Part shown: positions 50,515-60,874 of the stretch, in pieces
How the letters are laid out: each line of letters begins with the position of its first letter
Numbering within the stretch: position 1 is the stretch's first letter
Assembly: GCA_965198005.1 (NCBI GenBank)
Contig: CBDAOI010000003.1
Coordinates: 64,001-128,000 of the forward strand
Length of the DNA stretch: 64,000 nt
Origin: Spirochaetia bacterium
Lineage (GTDB): Bacteria > Spirochaetota > Spirochaetia > SZUA-6 > Bin103
Reading direction: 5' to 3'
Notes under the pieces: model-generated
The model's input: only the letters and a program-made list of their open reading frames with translations
Database searches by the model: none
Told to the model about the DNA's origin: nothing
Program-made: the position numbers and the translations under genes

Positions 50515-51665
50515 GCAGCGTACTCGAACTTCATCACAAGGGAATGGAGTGGGCCGAGGAAGGTCAGTTTCAGCTCGACCGCGGGGACCAGTCGGGCGCG
50601 CGGGCATCGTTCCGTAAGGCGATGGAACTTGAACGGGAGGCGGCCTATGCTACCAAAGAAAACGCGGAGCCGGACCGATCGGTGCTCTTCCGTAGCGCCG
50701 GTTCCCTTGCATTGGATTGCGACGAACTGCGGGTTGCCGAGCAACTCCTCGCGATGGGGCTCACCGGGCACCCTCCGGAAGAGATCGCAGAGGAAATCCG
50801 CGATCTCCTGGAGCAGGTTCATTTTCAGAGGCACCTTGAAGTTCGCGGCCTCACGCTGGATGCTACCGAGATGCAGATGTCGATCGCAGGCGATGCGGTC
50901 GGTCACGGTGTAGCAAGCAGCGATGAGTTCGTGACCCGTGTGCGGGCCACCGAGACCCTTGTTCTCCGTACTGTAGAGCGAAGACTTCAGTATCCTTATC
51001 GGGAACGCGGAAGTCCCAAGAACAGGCTGAGAGACAGATTCGGGGTGTTCTTGTCCGTGCCACGAGCCGCGAGTTTCGCCTTCACGCTCAAGCTCGGCCG
51101 GCCGACGGAGCAGACGGATCTTTTTTCCGACGATGAAGCGTCGGCAGTGATCGATGAGGTTCTCGATCTCCTAGAGGTTGTTCAAGAGCGAGACCGAGAT
51201 GAATTGGCTCGTCGAATTCCGGAGCAGCCGTACCTGGTGAACTTCAATGCGTTGGCCAAGAAGATCGCTCCCGACGGCGAAAGGGTATGCATGGTTGGAT
51301 TGACCGCACATCGTCCTGGTCAAACTCGAAGAGTTGCCTTCACAAGACGCCGGAAGGAGCTTGCAAACTTCGTTCCACTCGCTGGTCCACAACCGAGTTC
51401 CGTTGACGCGTCAGACCGTCGCGTCACGGTACGGGGCGTTCTTCACTACGCCAACGTGATCGGTCGTGAAGATACTATCAAACTTGAGGACCAGAACCGA
51501 ACCGTCTATGAGATTCTCGTCCCGGAAGGAATGATGACCGACATAGTGCGTCCACTGTGGGATGACGAAGTGCTCGTGACGGGGCTTCGTCACCGTAACC
51601 GAATCGAACTCGAGGATATTGTCCGCGTGGACGACGCCGGGAGCGAGGCTGGCAGGAATCGCTAA
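50511..51665 (+). CDS. Hypothetical protein, N-terminal TPR-like helical domain plus large C-terminal region
   Basis: ATGA overlap; LHHKGMEWAE...EPDRSVLFRSAGSLA...PPEEIAEEIRDLL. Confidence 0.75.
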   Translation: MSSVLELHHKGMEWAEEGQFQLDRGDQSGARASFRKAMELEREAAYATKENAEPDRSVLFRSAGSLALDCDELRVAEQLLAMGLTGHPPEEIAEEIRDLLEQVHFQRHLEVRGLTLDATEMQMSIAGDAVGHGVASSDEFVTRVRATETLVLRTVERRLQYPYRERGSPKNRLRDRFGVFLSVPRAASFAFTLKLGRPTEQTDLFSDDEASAVIDEVLDLLEVVQERDRDELARRIPEQPYLVNFNALAKKIAPDGERVCMVGLTAHRPGQTRRVAFTRRRKELANFVPLAGPQPSSVDASDRRVTVRGVLHYANVIGREDTIKLEDQNRTVYEILVPEGMMTDIVRPLWDDEVLVTGLRHRNRIELEDIVRVDDAGSEAGRNR

Positions 51666-51682
51666 CGATCCCGCTGCCGCGC

Positions 51683-52336
51683 TTAGTTGGGAATGGTTTG
51701 TTTAGGCAGTGGCCGGCGCGCTCCGTCGGCTACTCTCGCGACGTGTGCCCCCAACCGCGGAAAGTCGCTGCTCCTGAACAGGCAGGTTACCGGGACCTTG
51801 TATTCGGTCCGCAGCGCGTCAATGGCGCCCTGTTCGCGATCGATGAGCCCCACGATTCCCACGATCATGTTCTTTGCCTCGAGCAATCTTTCGCAAGCAA
51901 GTCCCGTCGATCTTCCCGTCGTCATTACATCCTCCACGACCATGATCCTGGTGCCGGCGGGTTGTTCATTCTCGATGAAATTGCGGGTGCCATGTTGCTT
52001 GCGCTCTGGGCGAACGACACAGCCGTTGACCATCGGATGGCCGCGTTGCGCAGCGAGCTGGATCGTGGCAGCGACCAGGAAGTCGGCGCCGATCGAGAGC
52101 CCGCCGATTGCCGTCGGCGTGTCCTCCAGGCGACTTGCCGCGCTCAGGAACTCCTCGGCGATCAGATTGAGCACCTCGCCTTTCAGGACCGCACGTTTGC
52201 AGTCGAAGTAGAAATCGGACTGCTGTCCGGTGCTCAAGGTGAACGGGCCGCCGGTCTGAAGCAGGCACAGCTCGTCAATCCTGGTGCAGAGCCACTTCCT
52301 TGCCGGCGTCATCCCCCGGTCGCTGTCCTTGCTCAT
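51683..52336 (-). CDS. pyrE: Orotate phosphoribosyltransferase-like protein
   Basis: FTLSTGQQSDFYFDC, K.HGT and VVEDVMTTG PRPP loop. Confidence 0.8.
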   Translation of the reverse strand: MSKDSDRGMTPARKWLCTRIDELCLLQTGGPFTLSTGQQSDFYFDCKRAVLKGEVLNLIAEEFLSAASRLEDTPTAIGGLSIGADFLVAATIQLAAQRGHPMVNGCVVRPERKQHGTRNFIENEQPAGTRIMVVEDVMTTGRSTGLACERLLEAKNMIVGIVGLIDREQGAIDALRTEYKVPVTCLFRSSDFPRLGAHVARVADGARRPLPKQTIPN

Positions 52337-52457
52337 CCGGCCCCCCTGCTCCCGCCGGTGGTAAACCGTCACGGCGGCCTTGTCAACCCCGAGCCGGCCG
52401 ACCGGCCGACCGACCGGCTTGCCTTTGGGTGCGCGCGCTTGTTAAGGTCGGTGGACC

Positions 52458-53249
52458 GTGGGAAGCATCGGTTTCATTGGCGGCGGCAACATGGGGTTGG
52501 CGCTGGCCGGGAGTCTGCAGCGCGCCGGGTTGGCGCCGCGGATCGTGGTGTTCGACCGGCTGGCGGTGCGGTGCGCACTGTTTGCGCGCGAGTTCAGCGG
52601 CGTAACCGTGGCCGCCGACGCGGGCGCGGTGTGCGCAGCCGCCGACCCGGTGTTCCTGGCGGTCAAGCCGCAGGACGTGGCGCCCGCGACCGCCGGGCTC
52701 GAAGCCGCCGAGGGGTTGATCATCTCGATCGTGGCCGGGGTGTCGCTGGAGGCGCTCGCGCAGCGCCTGCCGCGCGCCCGCCTGGTGCGGGTGATGCCCA
52801 ATACGCCGTGCCTGGTGGGCGCCATGGCCGCCGGGTTCGCGGTCGGGCCGGGTGTCACGGGCGCCGACCGCGCGCTGGTCGCGGGTCTGCTGGCCGCGGC
52901 CGGGCAGGCGCATGAGGTGCCGGAAGAACAGTTGGACGCGGTTACCGGGCTGAGCGGGTCCGGGCCGGCGTTCTTTGCCCGCCTGATCGAGTGGTTCAGC
53001 GCGGCCGGCGTGCGCCAGGGCCTGGACCCGGCGGTGGCGGGCGCGCTCACCATGCAGACCGCGCTCGGCACGGCGTTGCTGATGCGCGAGCGCGGCATCG
53101 CACCGGGCGACCTGGTGGAAATGGTCAGCTCACCCGGCGGCACCACCGTGGCCGGACGCCGCGAGCTGGAGGCGGGCGCCGTACAGGCCGCGCTCGAGCG
53201 CACCGTGCAGGCCGCCACCGAACGCAGCCGGGAGTTGGGAAGGGGATGA
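52458..53249 (+). CDS. proC: Pyrroline-5-carboxylate reductase
   Basis: GFIGGGNMG, LAVKPQ, RVMPNTP, SGSGPA, SPGGTT. Confidence 0.97.
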   Translation: MGSIGFIGGGNMGLALAGSLQRAGLAPRIVVFDRLAVRCALFAREFSGVTVAADAGAVCAAADPVFLAVKPQDVAPATAGLEAAEGLIISIVAGVSLEALAQRLPRARLVRVMPNTPCLVGAMAAGFAVGPGVTGADRALVAGLLAAAGQAHEVPEEQLDAVTGLSGSGPAFFARLIEWFSAAGVRQGLDPAVAGALTMQTALGTALLMRERGIAPGDLVEMVSSPGGTTVAGRRELEAGAVQAALERTVQAATERSRELGRG

Positions 53250-54586
53250 TGCAGGACACCGATTCGGCGGCCGTGCGGGAGATGGCACTCGCCGCCCGCG
53301 CCGCCAGCTACCGCACGGCCGCCGCCACCGAGGCGGCCAAGAACGCCGCCCTGGAACGGATCGCCGCCGGTCTGGAAGCGCAGCGTGAACCGATCCTGGC
53401 CGCCAACCGGGAGGATCTGGAGCAGGCCGCGGCCGCCGGCGTGGCGGCGCCGCTGGTGCAGCGGCTGGCGCTGGAAAAGAAGTTCGCCGGCACGGTCGCC
53501 GGCGTGCGCGACCTGATCCGCCTGTCCGATCCCGTGGGCGCCGTGCAGTGGCGGCGGCAGTTGGACGAGGGCATGGTGCTGGAGCGGGTAAGCGTCCCGA
53601 TCGGCGTGCTGGGCATCGTGTTCGAGTCGCGCCCCGACGCGCTGGTGCAGATCGCCACGCTGTGTCTCAAGTCGGGCAACGCGGTCATCCTCAAGGGCGG
53701 ATCGGAAGCCCAGCGCACCAACGCCGCCCTGTACGCGGTGATCCGCGACGCCTTGGCGGAGGACCCGGCGCTGGCCGGCGCGGTCCACCTGGCGGCCACG
53801 CGCGGCGAGATTCAGGCGCTGCTGGCGCTCGACGAGCTGGTGGATCTGCTCATCCCGCGCGGCAGCAACGAGCTGGTGCGCTCGATCCGCAACGCCACCC
53901 GCATCCCGGTGCTGGGCCACGCCGACGGGGTCTGCCACGTGTACGTCGACGCGGCCGCCGATCCGGCGATGGCGACGCGCATCGTGCGCGATGCCAAGGC
54001 GCAGTACCCGGCGGTGTGCAACGCGGCCGAGACCCTGCTCGTGCACCGGGCCGTCGCGGCGCGCTTCTTGCCGCCGGCGGCGGCCGAGCTGCGCGGCGCG
54101 GGCGTGGAGCTGCGCGGCGACCCGGCGGCCTGCGCCCTGATCGACGCCCGGCCCTGCACCGCGGCCGACTGGGACGCCGAATATCTGGACCTGGTGCTCG
54201 CGATCAAAGTGGTGGAGGACCTGGACGAGGCGATCCGGTTCATCAACCGGCACGGCAGCCATCACACCGACACCATCGTGACCGCCGACCCGGCCGCCGC
54301 GCACGCCTTTCTGGCGCGCGTGGACTCCGCCACCGTGCTGTGGAACGCCTCGACCCGGTTCGCGGACGGGTTCCGGTTCGGCATGGGCGCGGAGGTGGGA
54401 ATCTCGACCAACCGCATCCATGCGCGCGGGCCGGTGGGGCTGGACGGGCTGGTGACCTACAAGTACCGGGTGCTGGGCAGCGGGCAGATCGTGGCAGACT
54501 ACGTCAACGGCACGCGCGCGTTCCACTTCGCGGAGCTGGCGGACGGCGTTGCGGTACCGGGCGCGGCGCCGGTGGCGGCGTCATGA
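53246..54586 (+). CDS. proA: Gamma-glutamyl phosphate reductase
   Basis: VPIGVLGIVFESRPD, CNAAETLL, NASTRFADG, HARGPVGL. Confidence 0.97.
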   Translation: MMQDTDSAAVREMALAARAASYRTAAATEAAKNAALERIAAGLEAQREPILAANREDLEQAAAAGVAAPLVQRLALEKKFAGTVAGVRDLIRLSDPVGAVQWRRQLDEGMVLERVSVPIGVLGIVFESRPDALVQIATLCLKSGNAVILKGGSEAQRTNAALYAVIRDALAEDPALAGAVHLAATRGEIQALLALDELVDLLIPRGSNELVRSIRNATRIPVLGHADGVCHVYVDAAADPAMATRIVRDAKAQYPAVCNAAETLLVHRAVAARFLPPAAAELRGAGVELRGDPAACALIDARPCTAADWDAEYLDLVLAIKVVEDLDEAIRFINRHGSHHTDTIVTADPAAAHAFLARVDSATVLWNASTRFADGFRFGMGAEVGISTNRIHARGPVGLDGLVTYKYRVLGSGQIVADYVNGTRAFHFAELADGVAVPGAAPVAAS

Positions 54587-55434
54587 CCCGCCTGATCAAG
54601 ATCGGCAGCGGGCTGATCGGGCCGGAGGGACGGGTCGATCACGCGTTTCTCGAGGCGAAGTGCGCCGAAATCGCGGAACTGATGGATGCCGGCGACCGCA
54701 TCGTGGTGGTGAGCTCGGGCGCGGTGGCGGCCGGCATGGAGGTGGCGCAGCGCACCCACCGGCCGATGGAGACGCTGGAGCTGCAGTTTCTGGCCGGGAT
54801 CGGCCAGACCCGGCTGATGAAGTACTACCGCGACTACTTTCACCGGTTCGATCGCCAGACCGCCCAACTCCTGCTCACCCACTACAATTTTGCCACCCCG
54901 CGCGAAGAGCGCACCATCACCCATCTGTTGTTGACCTATCTGGAACGGGGGGTGGTGCCGATCGTGAACGAGAACGATCTGGTCAACAAGGAAGAGCTGG
55001 AGCACCGCGGCCACTTTACCGACAACGACATTCTGGCGGCGCTGGTGGCCGAGCGGGTGCACGTGGATCAGGCGTTGCTGCTGACCGACGTGGCCGGGCT
55101 GATGCGCCGCAAACCTGGCTCGGATACGGTGGAGCCGGACGGCCTGATTCGGACTGTAGAAGCGGTTGACGGCGGCGTGAAGGCGATGGCGCGCGGCGCG
55201 CGCTCGCGCGAGGGGCTCGGCGGCATGTACTCCAAGGTGATCGCCGCCGAGCGCATGACGGCGCGGGGCATCGAGGTGATCGTCGGGAACGGACGGCTGC
55301 CGCTGGCCACGCTGATCGGAGACCCGGCACAGCGCACGTTGTTCCGCGCCGCCGGGCACACCGCGCAGGCGGCGGCCGTGGAGTGGCCGTTGGAGGAAGC
55401 CGGGACTCCGGTGGCGGCGCCGGCGGCGCCGTGA
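54583..55434 (+). CDS. proB: Glutamate 5-kinase (no PUA domain)
   Basis: IKIGS, VSSGAVAAG, PIVNEND, DND.LAA, GGMYSK. Confidence 0.95.
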   Translation: MTRLIKIGSGLIGPEGRVDHAFLEAKCAEIAELMDAGDRIVVVSSGAVAAGMEVAQRTHRPMETLELQFLAGIGQTRLMKYYRDYFHRFDRQTAQLLLTHYNFATPREERTITHLLLTYLERGVVPIVNENDLVNKEELEHRGHFTDNDILAALVAERVHVDQALLLTDVAGLMRRKPGSDTVEPDGLIRTVEAVDGGVKAMARGARSREGLGGMYSKVIAAERMTARGIEVIVGNGRLPLATLIGDPAQRTLFRAAGHTAQAAAVEWPLEEAGTPVAAPAAP

Positions 55435-55575
55435 GCGCGCTGGAGCAGTACCCCGGAGCGGTCGCGGCGGGAACCACGCTCGCGGCCGACGAGGCGCAAG
55501 CGTGCGCGGACGCGGTGTTCGCGGCCGGGGCGGCGGAGGTCGAGCAGGTCGCCGCGCTGCTGCAGGCGCTCGCCA
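55431..55575 (+). pseudogene. Glycosyl-transferase family 3 (TrpD-like) N-terminal fragment
   Basis: GTGA-coupled to proB; GTTLAADEAQACADAVFAAGAAEVEQVAALLQAL, then an abrupt change. Confidence 0.55.
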
Positions 55576-55723
55576 CGCCCGCCAGATCGCGCTCTACCGC
55601 GCGCACACCCCGCCGCCACCGCCTGATCCGCCCGGCGTCCCAAGCCCGCACCAGTCGTTATCCGGCTATCTGTCGGCTATCCGACAAAACTCCTGGTTCT
55701 TCACCGCCGATATCTGCTATACT

Positions 55724-56785
55724 TTGAAGAACGTGGTAGACAACACATCGGATCAGGGCCGGAGTACGCAGGCCACGCGCGAGTCGCGTGCCCTGCAGGC
55801 GGGGCTGCGGCGGTTTCGGCGGCCGTCATTGGCGAGAAGCGTCGGTCAGATCGTTACGTCATTCGTCCCCTACGTGGTGGGGCTCGTCGCCATGGGAGCC
55901 ATTGCTCAGGTCTCCTACCTGCTCTGCCTGCTTCTCGCCTTACCGACGGCAGGGTTTCTGATCCGCGTCTTCATCATCTTCCATGATGCCGGACATGGGG
56001 CTTTTTTCCGCCGCAGCCGCTGGAATCGCGTGATCGGGTATCTCGCGGGCATCCTCACCATCACCCCGTTCCGGAACTGGACATACGAGCATGCGAGGCA
56101 CCATGCGACCGCCAGCGATCTGGATCGGCGTGATCTCGGTGCCATCTGGACCATGACCGTGAACGAGTTCGTGGCCGCCCCGCGGCGCCGGCGGCTGGCG
56201 TACCGGGTATTCCGCAATCCGTTCGTGCTGTTCTTCCTGCTGGCACCGGTCGCGTTCCTGTTCACTCACCGCATTCCGCGGAGGGGAATGAGCAACCGTG
56301 CCAAGTGGGCGCTCATCTGGAGCAACGTCGGCATGGCGTTGTTCGTGGTGGCAATGTCGTGGCCGTTCGGCTTCACCAGCTTCGTGCTCGTATTCACGCC
56401 GGTGGCCACGCTGGCATCGACTTTCGGAACCTGGCTGTTCTACGTGCAGCATCAGTTCGAGGGGGCCTACTGGAGCCGCCACGAGAGCTGGGACTTCGCC
56501 AGAGCAGCACTCGCCGGCTCGTCCTATCTGGCGTTGCCGCGGGTGCTGCAATGGTTCACCGGCAACATCGGGTTCCACCACGTCCACCACCTGGACCCGC
56601 GCATTCCCAATTACCACCTCGAGCGCGCTCACCGTGCGCACCCGCTGCTGCGCGAGGTGCCGGCACTGCGGCTACGCGACACCCTGCACTGTCTATCGGT
56701 GCGCCTGTACGACGAGGCGACCCGCCAGATGGTCAGCTTCCGCGAGGGGCTGCGGCGCGCTCGTCTGGCCCCGACCGCGGGTTAG
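55724..56785 (+). CDS. Membrane fatty acid desaturase
   Basis: His boxes HDAGH, HARHH and HHVHH. Confidence 0.93.
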   Translation: MKNVVDNTSDQGRSTQATRESRALQAGLRRFRRPSLARSVGQIVTSFVPYVVGLVAMGAIAQVSYLLCLLLALPTAGFLIRVFIIFHDAGHGAFFRRSRWNRVIGYLAGILTITPFRNWTYEHARHHATASDLDRRDLGAIWTMTVNEFVAAPRRRRLAYRVFRNPFVLFFLLAPVAFLFTHRIPRRGMSNRAKWALIWSNVGMALFVVAMSWPFGFTSFVLVFTPVATLASTFGTWLFYVQHQFEGAYWSRHESWDFARAALAGSSYLALPRVLQWFTGNIGFHHVHHLDPRIPNYHLERAHRAHPLLREVPALRLRDTLHCLSVRLYDEATRQMVSFREGLRRARLAPTAG

Positions 56786-57044
56786 CTGGCTTGGCTAGTG
56801 TTACTGGCTGACCATCGCAGCCCAGCAGCGGCGCAACGTATCGGTCCACCGCTACGGCATGCCCTGCTTCTTCACGTGTTTTAACGTGTTTTCTCAAAGT
56901 GTGCTCCGTAATCTCTGCCGTCCGTTCGATCAGCTCTGGTACATCTTCAGCGCTCTGAGACTTCAGCAGAGCTGGCAAATACGCCCTCTTCACCTCCAGC
57001 ATTGACCGAAAGCGCCCATCAGTCGTCGCCTTCTCGTTTGCCAT
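56733..57044 (-). CDS. Hypothetical protein (lower-GC cargo, 3' end probably lost)
   Basis: GGGAGG RBS before the ATG; overlaps the desaturase end. Confidence 0.45.
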   Translation of the reverse strand: MANEKATTDGRFRSMLEVKRAYLPALLKSQSAEDVPELIERTAEITEHTLRKHVKTREEAGHAVAVDRYVAPLLGCDGQPVTLAKPANPRSGPDERAAAPRGS

Positions 57045-57253
57045 TTCGCACCTCCCGAAAATAATTTACGAAGAAGCTCTGGTTGACTTCATGTCAGGTT
57101 GACCAGGGATTCGCCCATCGCTGCAAGATCATTCAGGTTCCGGGAAATATCTGCGTCGGGAAGTAGGTTCTCAAAGACCGTCTTCTTGATGCGATCGCGA
57201 TCGTGGGCGCGTATTGTTTTCGAATCTCCGCGTATGTCGCGCATATCCGCGGG

Positions 57254-58540
57254 TCAGGCGCCGGCGGTGGTGAGGGCGGCGGCGAGGGCGGTGCAGTCGG
57301 CGGGGGTGTGGGCGGTGGAGAGGAACGCCACCTCGTAGCCGGAGGGCGGCAGGTAGAGGCCGCGCTGCAGGAAGCCGGCGTAGGCGCGGTTGAAGCGGTC
57401 GATGGCGGTTGCCTCGATCTGGTGCGGGGCGCGCGGCGGCGCGGAGTCCGCGTAATAGGGCCAGAGGATCGAGCCGCAGGTGACGAGTTGCAGCCGCGAC
57501 GGGGCGGCGGCGCGCACCGCCGTGGCCGCGGCCGCGGCCAGCTCGGCCAGGGAGGTGTACACGGCGGGCGTCTGCAGCTCCTGCAGCGTGGCGATGCCGG
57601 CCGCCACCGACAGCGGGTTGCCGCTGAGCGTGCCGGCCTGGTAGACCGGGCCGAGCGGGGCCAGCTGTTCCAGCAGGCGCGCGCCGCCGGCGACGGCGCC
57701 GATCGGCATGCCGCCGCCGATGATCTTGCCCAGGGTGACCAGATCCGGCTGCAGCCGCTCGGCGGCGACCGAGGCGCCGTAGCGCTGGCGGAACCCGCTG
57801 ATCACCTCGTCGGCGACCACCAACGCGCCGGCGCGGCGCGCCTCGGCGGCGACGTGATCGAGGAACTCGGGCCGCTGCAACAGCAGCCCGTTGTTGGCCG
57901 GAATCGGCTCCAGGATGACCGCCGCCAGCTCGCGGCCGTGGGCGGCGAAGGCGGCGGACACCGAGTCCTCGTCGTCCAGGCGCGCGACCACGGTGGCCGC
58001 GGCGACGGCGGGCGGCACCCCGGCGGAGCTGGCGAGGCCGGTGGTCGCCAGCCCGGACCCGGCCTTGACCAGCAGGCTGTCGTGATGGCCGTGGTAGCCG
58101 CCCTCGAACTTGAGGATGCGCGGCCGGCCGGTCGCCGCGCGCGCGATGCGCAACGCGGTCATCACCGCTTCCGTCCCGGAGCTCAGCAGCCGCACCCGCT
58201 CTGCCGCCGGGTAGCCGTCGAGAATCAGCCGGGCCAGCTCCGCCTCGCCGGCGTGGCAGGCGCCGAACGAGAGGCCGCGCGCGGCCGCGGCCTGCACCGC
58301 CTCCACCACGCGCGGATGGGCGTGGCCGAGAATCAGCGGCCCCCAGGACTGACAGAAGTCGACGTATTCAATGCCGTCGGCGTCCCGGATGCGGCTCCCG
58401 TCGCCGGCGGCGAAGAATACCGGAGCGCCGCCCACCGCACCGAACGCGCGCACCGGGCTGTTCACGCCGCCCACCAGCAGCGACCGGGCGCGCTCGAACA
58501 GGCGCCGGGACTGCGCGCGCCTCGAGTCGTCGTTCATCAT
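57254..58540 (-). CDS. hemL: Glutamate-1-semialdehyde 2,1-aminomutase
   Basis: GGVNSPVRAF, SGTEA, DEVISGFR, GKIIGGG, YQAGTLSGNP. Confidence 0.97.
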   Translation of the reverse strand: MMNDDSRRAQSRRLFERARSLLVGGVNSPVRAFGAVGGAPVFFAAGDGSRIRDADGIEYVDFCQSWGPLILGHAHPRVVEAVQAAAARGLSFGACHAGEAELARLILDGYPAAERVRLLSSGTEAVMTALRIARAATGRPRILKFEGGYHGHHDSLLVKAGSGLATTGLASSAGVPPAVAAATVVARLDDEDSVSAAFAAHGRELAAVILEPIPANNGLLLQRPEFLDHVAAEARRAGALVVADEVISGFRQRYGASVAAERLQPDLVTLGKIIGGGMPIGAVAGGARLLEQLAPLGPVYQAGTLSGNPLSVAAGIATLQELQTPAVYTSLAELAAAAATAVRAAAPSRLQLVTCGSILWPYYADSAPPRAPHQIEATAIDRFNRAYAGFLQRGLYLPPSGYEVAFLSTAHTPADCTALAAALTTAGA

Positions 58541-59580
58541 GCTTCCTCGTTGGTCCAGTGCTCCACCGCCGCCGGCGCTGCCGGCACCCCCGGGACACGG
58601 CCCCCGGCGGCCCAGGCGGCGAGCGCACGGTGACAGCCGGCGGCCGAGTCCTCGAGGGTGTAGGCTCGCCACCCGGCGGCATCCGTGCTGCCTGCGCCAT
58701 CGGCCTCACCGGAAAAGCCGAAGTATAGCCGCCAACCGGAGTCGCGGCCGGCCGCCGCGGCCGACTCGGCCGACACGGCGCGGGCGTAAGCGCCGAACCC
58801 GGCGCCGCAGCCGCCGCCGTGCGCCTGCAGCGCGACGCGCTCCAGCGTCACCGCGGTCCGGGTCGGCGCGTGGTCGATGGCGGCCAACAGCGCGGCCAGG
58901 AGCGCGGCCGCGGGCCCGTGCGCGCGGGTCTGGACCGCGATCGCCCCCTGCCCCGGCGCCGGCGGCCACTGCTCCGGCGGCAGCACCACCCGGCGCAGCC
59001 CGTGGGCCGGGTCGTCGCCGGCCGCCGCCAGCCGCTCGAGACCGGCGCGGGCCAGCACTACCGCGGCCACCGACCCGGCGCGGCAGCGGCGGACGCGGGT
59101 AGGGACGTTGCCGCGTAGCGCGGCCACCTCGACGCCGGGCGCGTAGTGGCGGAGCAGCGCGGCGCGCCGCGGCGAGCCGGTGCCGACCGCGGCTCCCGGC
59201 GGCAGGCCGAGCGGCGCGGCGGCGGCGAAGCGGCGCGGATCGATCAGCAGCAGGTCGGCGGCGGGCGCGCGCGGCAGCACCGCGGCGACGACCAGCCCGT
59301 CCGGATCGTGCACCGGCAGGTCTTTCAGCGAATGGACCGCCGCGTCGGCCCTGCCGTCACGCACCGCCGCGCTCAACGCGCTGGTGAACACGCCCGGCTC
59401 GGCGCGCGCCAAGTCAGCCAGCGGCGCCGCCCCGCCGGCACCCTCGTCGCCGCGGCTCGAGACCGGCACGATCCGGCAAACGCCGGCGCCGTGCTCCGCC
59501 AGCGCGCGCTGCACCAGGCGGGCCTGGGCCAGGGCCAGCGCGCTGCCGCGGGTGGCCAGCACCAGTTCCCGCGCCGCCAC
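58537..59580 (-). CDS. hemC: Hydroxymethylbilane synthase
   Basis: TRGSALALAQA, VHSLKDLP, RGNVPTR, PAPGQGA, GGGC. Confidence 0.95.
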   Translation of the reverse strand: MAARELVLATRGSALALAQARLVQRALAEHGAGVCRIVPVSSRGDEGAGGAAPLADLARAEPGVFTSALSAAVRDGRADAAVHSLKDLPVHDPDGLVVAAVLPRAPAADLLLIDPRRFAAAAPLGLPPGAAVGTGSPRRAALLRHYAPGVEVAALRGNVPTRVRRCRAGSVAAVVLARAGLERLAAAGDDPAHGLRRVVLPPEQWPPAPGQGAIAVQTRAHGPAAALLAALLAAIDHAPTRTAVTLERVALQAHGGGCGAGFGAYARAVSAESAAAAGRDSGWRLYFGFSGEADGAGSTDAAGWRAYTLEDSAAGCHRALAAWAAGGRVPGVPAAPAAVEHWTNEEA

Positions 59581-59704
59581 GTTACGCTAGCCCCTCGGCG
59601 CCCGGACGCACCCGGCGCACCGCACGCACAGCACCCATTCACTCACCGGGCGCCGCGCCGCACGCACAGCACCCACCTCACGCGCCTTACCCGCCTGATG
59701 CACC

Positions 59705-60874
59705 TTACCCGCCTGACCCGCCGGGCGCCCCGGCAGGTCCCGCCGCGGGCAACCCCAGCACCGCGCGGTACAGGGCCTCGAACTGCGGCACCACCAGCGC
59801 GCTGCTGAAGCGGCGCGCGTGGTCGCGCCCCGCGGCGCTGCAGCGCCGATGCAGCGCCGCGTCGGTCAGCAGCTCGGTGGCGCGCGCGGCCATGCCGTCG
59901 ACGTCCCCGGGGCGCAGCAGATACCCTGCCCCACCATCGGGCACCACTTCCGGAATCCCGCCGGTACGGGAGGCCACCACCGGCACACCGCTCGCCATCG
60001 CCTCCAGCGCCACCAGGCCGAAGCTCTCGGATGCGCTCGGCAGCAACAGCAGGTCGGTCTGCCGCAGGAACGGCGCGACGTCGTCCACCACGCCGACGGT
60101 GGAGACCTGCCCGGCCACGCCCCGCGTGCGCGCCAGCGCCAGCGCCCGGCTCAGGTCCGGGCCGTCGCCCACCAAGGTCAGGTGCGCGTCCACCCGCGCC
60201 CGCACGCGCGCGAAGATCTCGATCACGTCGGCCGCCCGCTTCACCGGGCGGAAGTTGGAGATGTGCAGGATGCGCCGCGGCGCGGATCCCCCGGATTCGC
60301 CTACCCCCGGCCCCGGCTCCGGATCGTGGGCCCTGCGGTAGTGCTCGAGATCGACGCAGTTGGGGATGACCACGATCGCGCGCCGTACCTGAAACGTCTC
60401 GATCGTTTCCTCGCGCAGGTACTGCGATACCGTGGTCACCGCGTCGGACTGCTCGATCGAGAACCGCGTGACCGGATGGAAATACGGCGCCGCCCCGACC
60501 AGCGTCGTGTCGGTGCCGTGCAGGGTGGTCACCACCTTGAGGTTGAGCTCCGGCGCCATCTGGCGGGCCAGAATCGCCGCCGGGGAGAACGGAATCGCGT
60601 AGTGCACGTGCAGCAACTCGAGCCGGTTGGCGGTGGCCACCTCCACCATCTTGGCCGCCAGCGCCAGGGTGTACGGATACTGCTTGAGCAGCGGGTACTC
60701 CTCGGCCTGCACCTCGTGGAAGGTGACGCGCGGCGGCAGCTCGACCAGGCGCAGCGGCACCGAGTAGCTGATGAAGGAGACCGTGTGGCCGCGCAGGGCG
60801 AGCTGCTTGCCCAGCTCGGTGGCGAACACGCCGCTGCCGCCGTGCGTCGGGTAGCAGGTGATACCTAGGCGCAC
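59705..60874 (-). CDS. bshA: N-acetyl-alpha-D-glucosaminyl L-malate synthase
   Basis: GITCYPTHGGSG, HVHYAIP, TTLHGTD, HISNFRPVKR, ESFGLVALEAMA. Confidence 0.95.
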   Translation of the reverse strand: MRLGITCYPTHGGSGVFATELGKQLALRGHTVSFISYSVPLRLVELPPRVTFHEVQAEEYPLLKQYPYTLALAAKMVEVATANRLELLHVHYAIPFSPAAILARQMAPELNLKVVTTLHGTDTTLVGAAPYFHPVTRFSIEQSDAVTTVSQYLREETIETFQVRRAIVVIPNCVDLEHYRRAHDPEPGPGVGESGGSAPRRILHISNFRPVKRAADVIEIFARVRARVDAHLTLVGDGPDLSRALALARTRGVAGQVSTVGVVDDVAPFLRQTDLLLLPSASESFGLVALEAMASGVPVVASRTGGIPEVVPDGGAGYLLRPGDVDGMAARATELLTDAALHRRCSAAGRDHARRFSSALVVPQFEALYRAVLGLPAAGPAGAPGGSGG

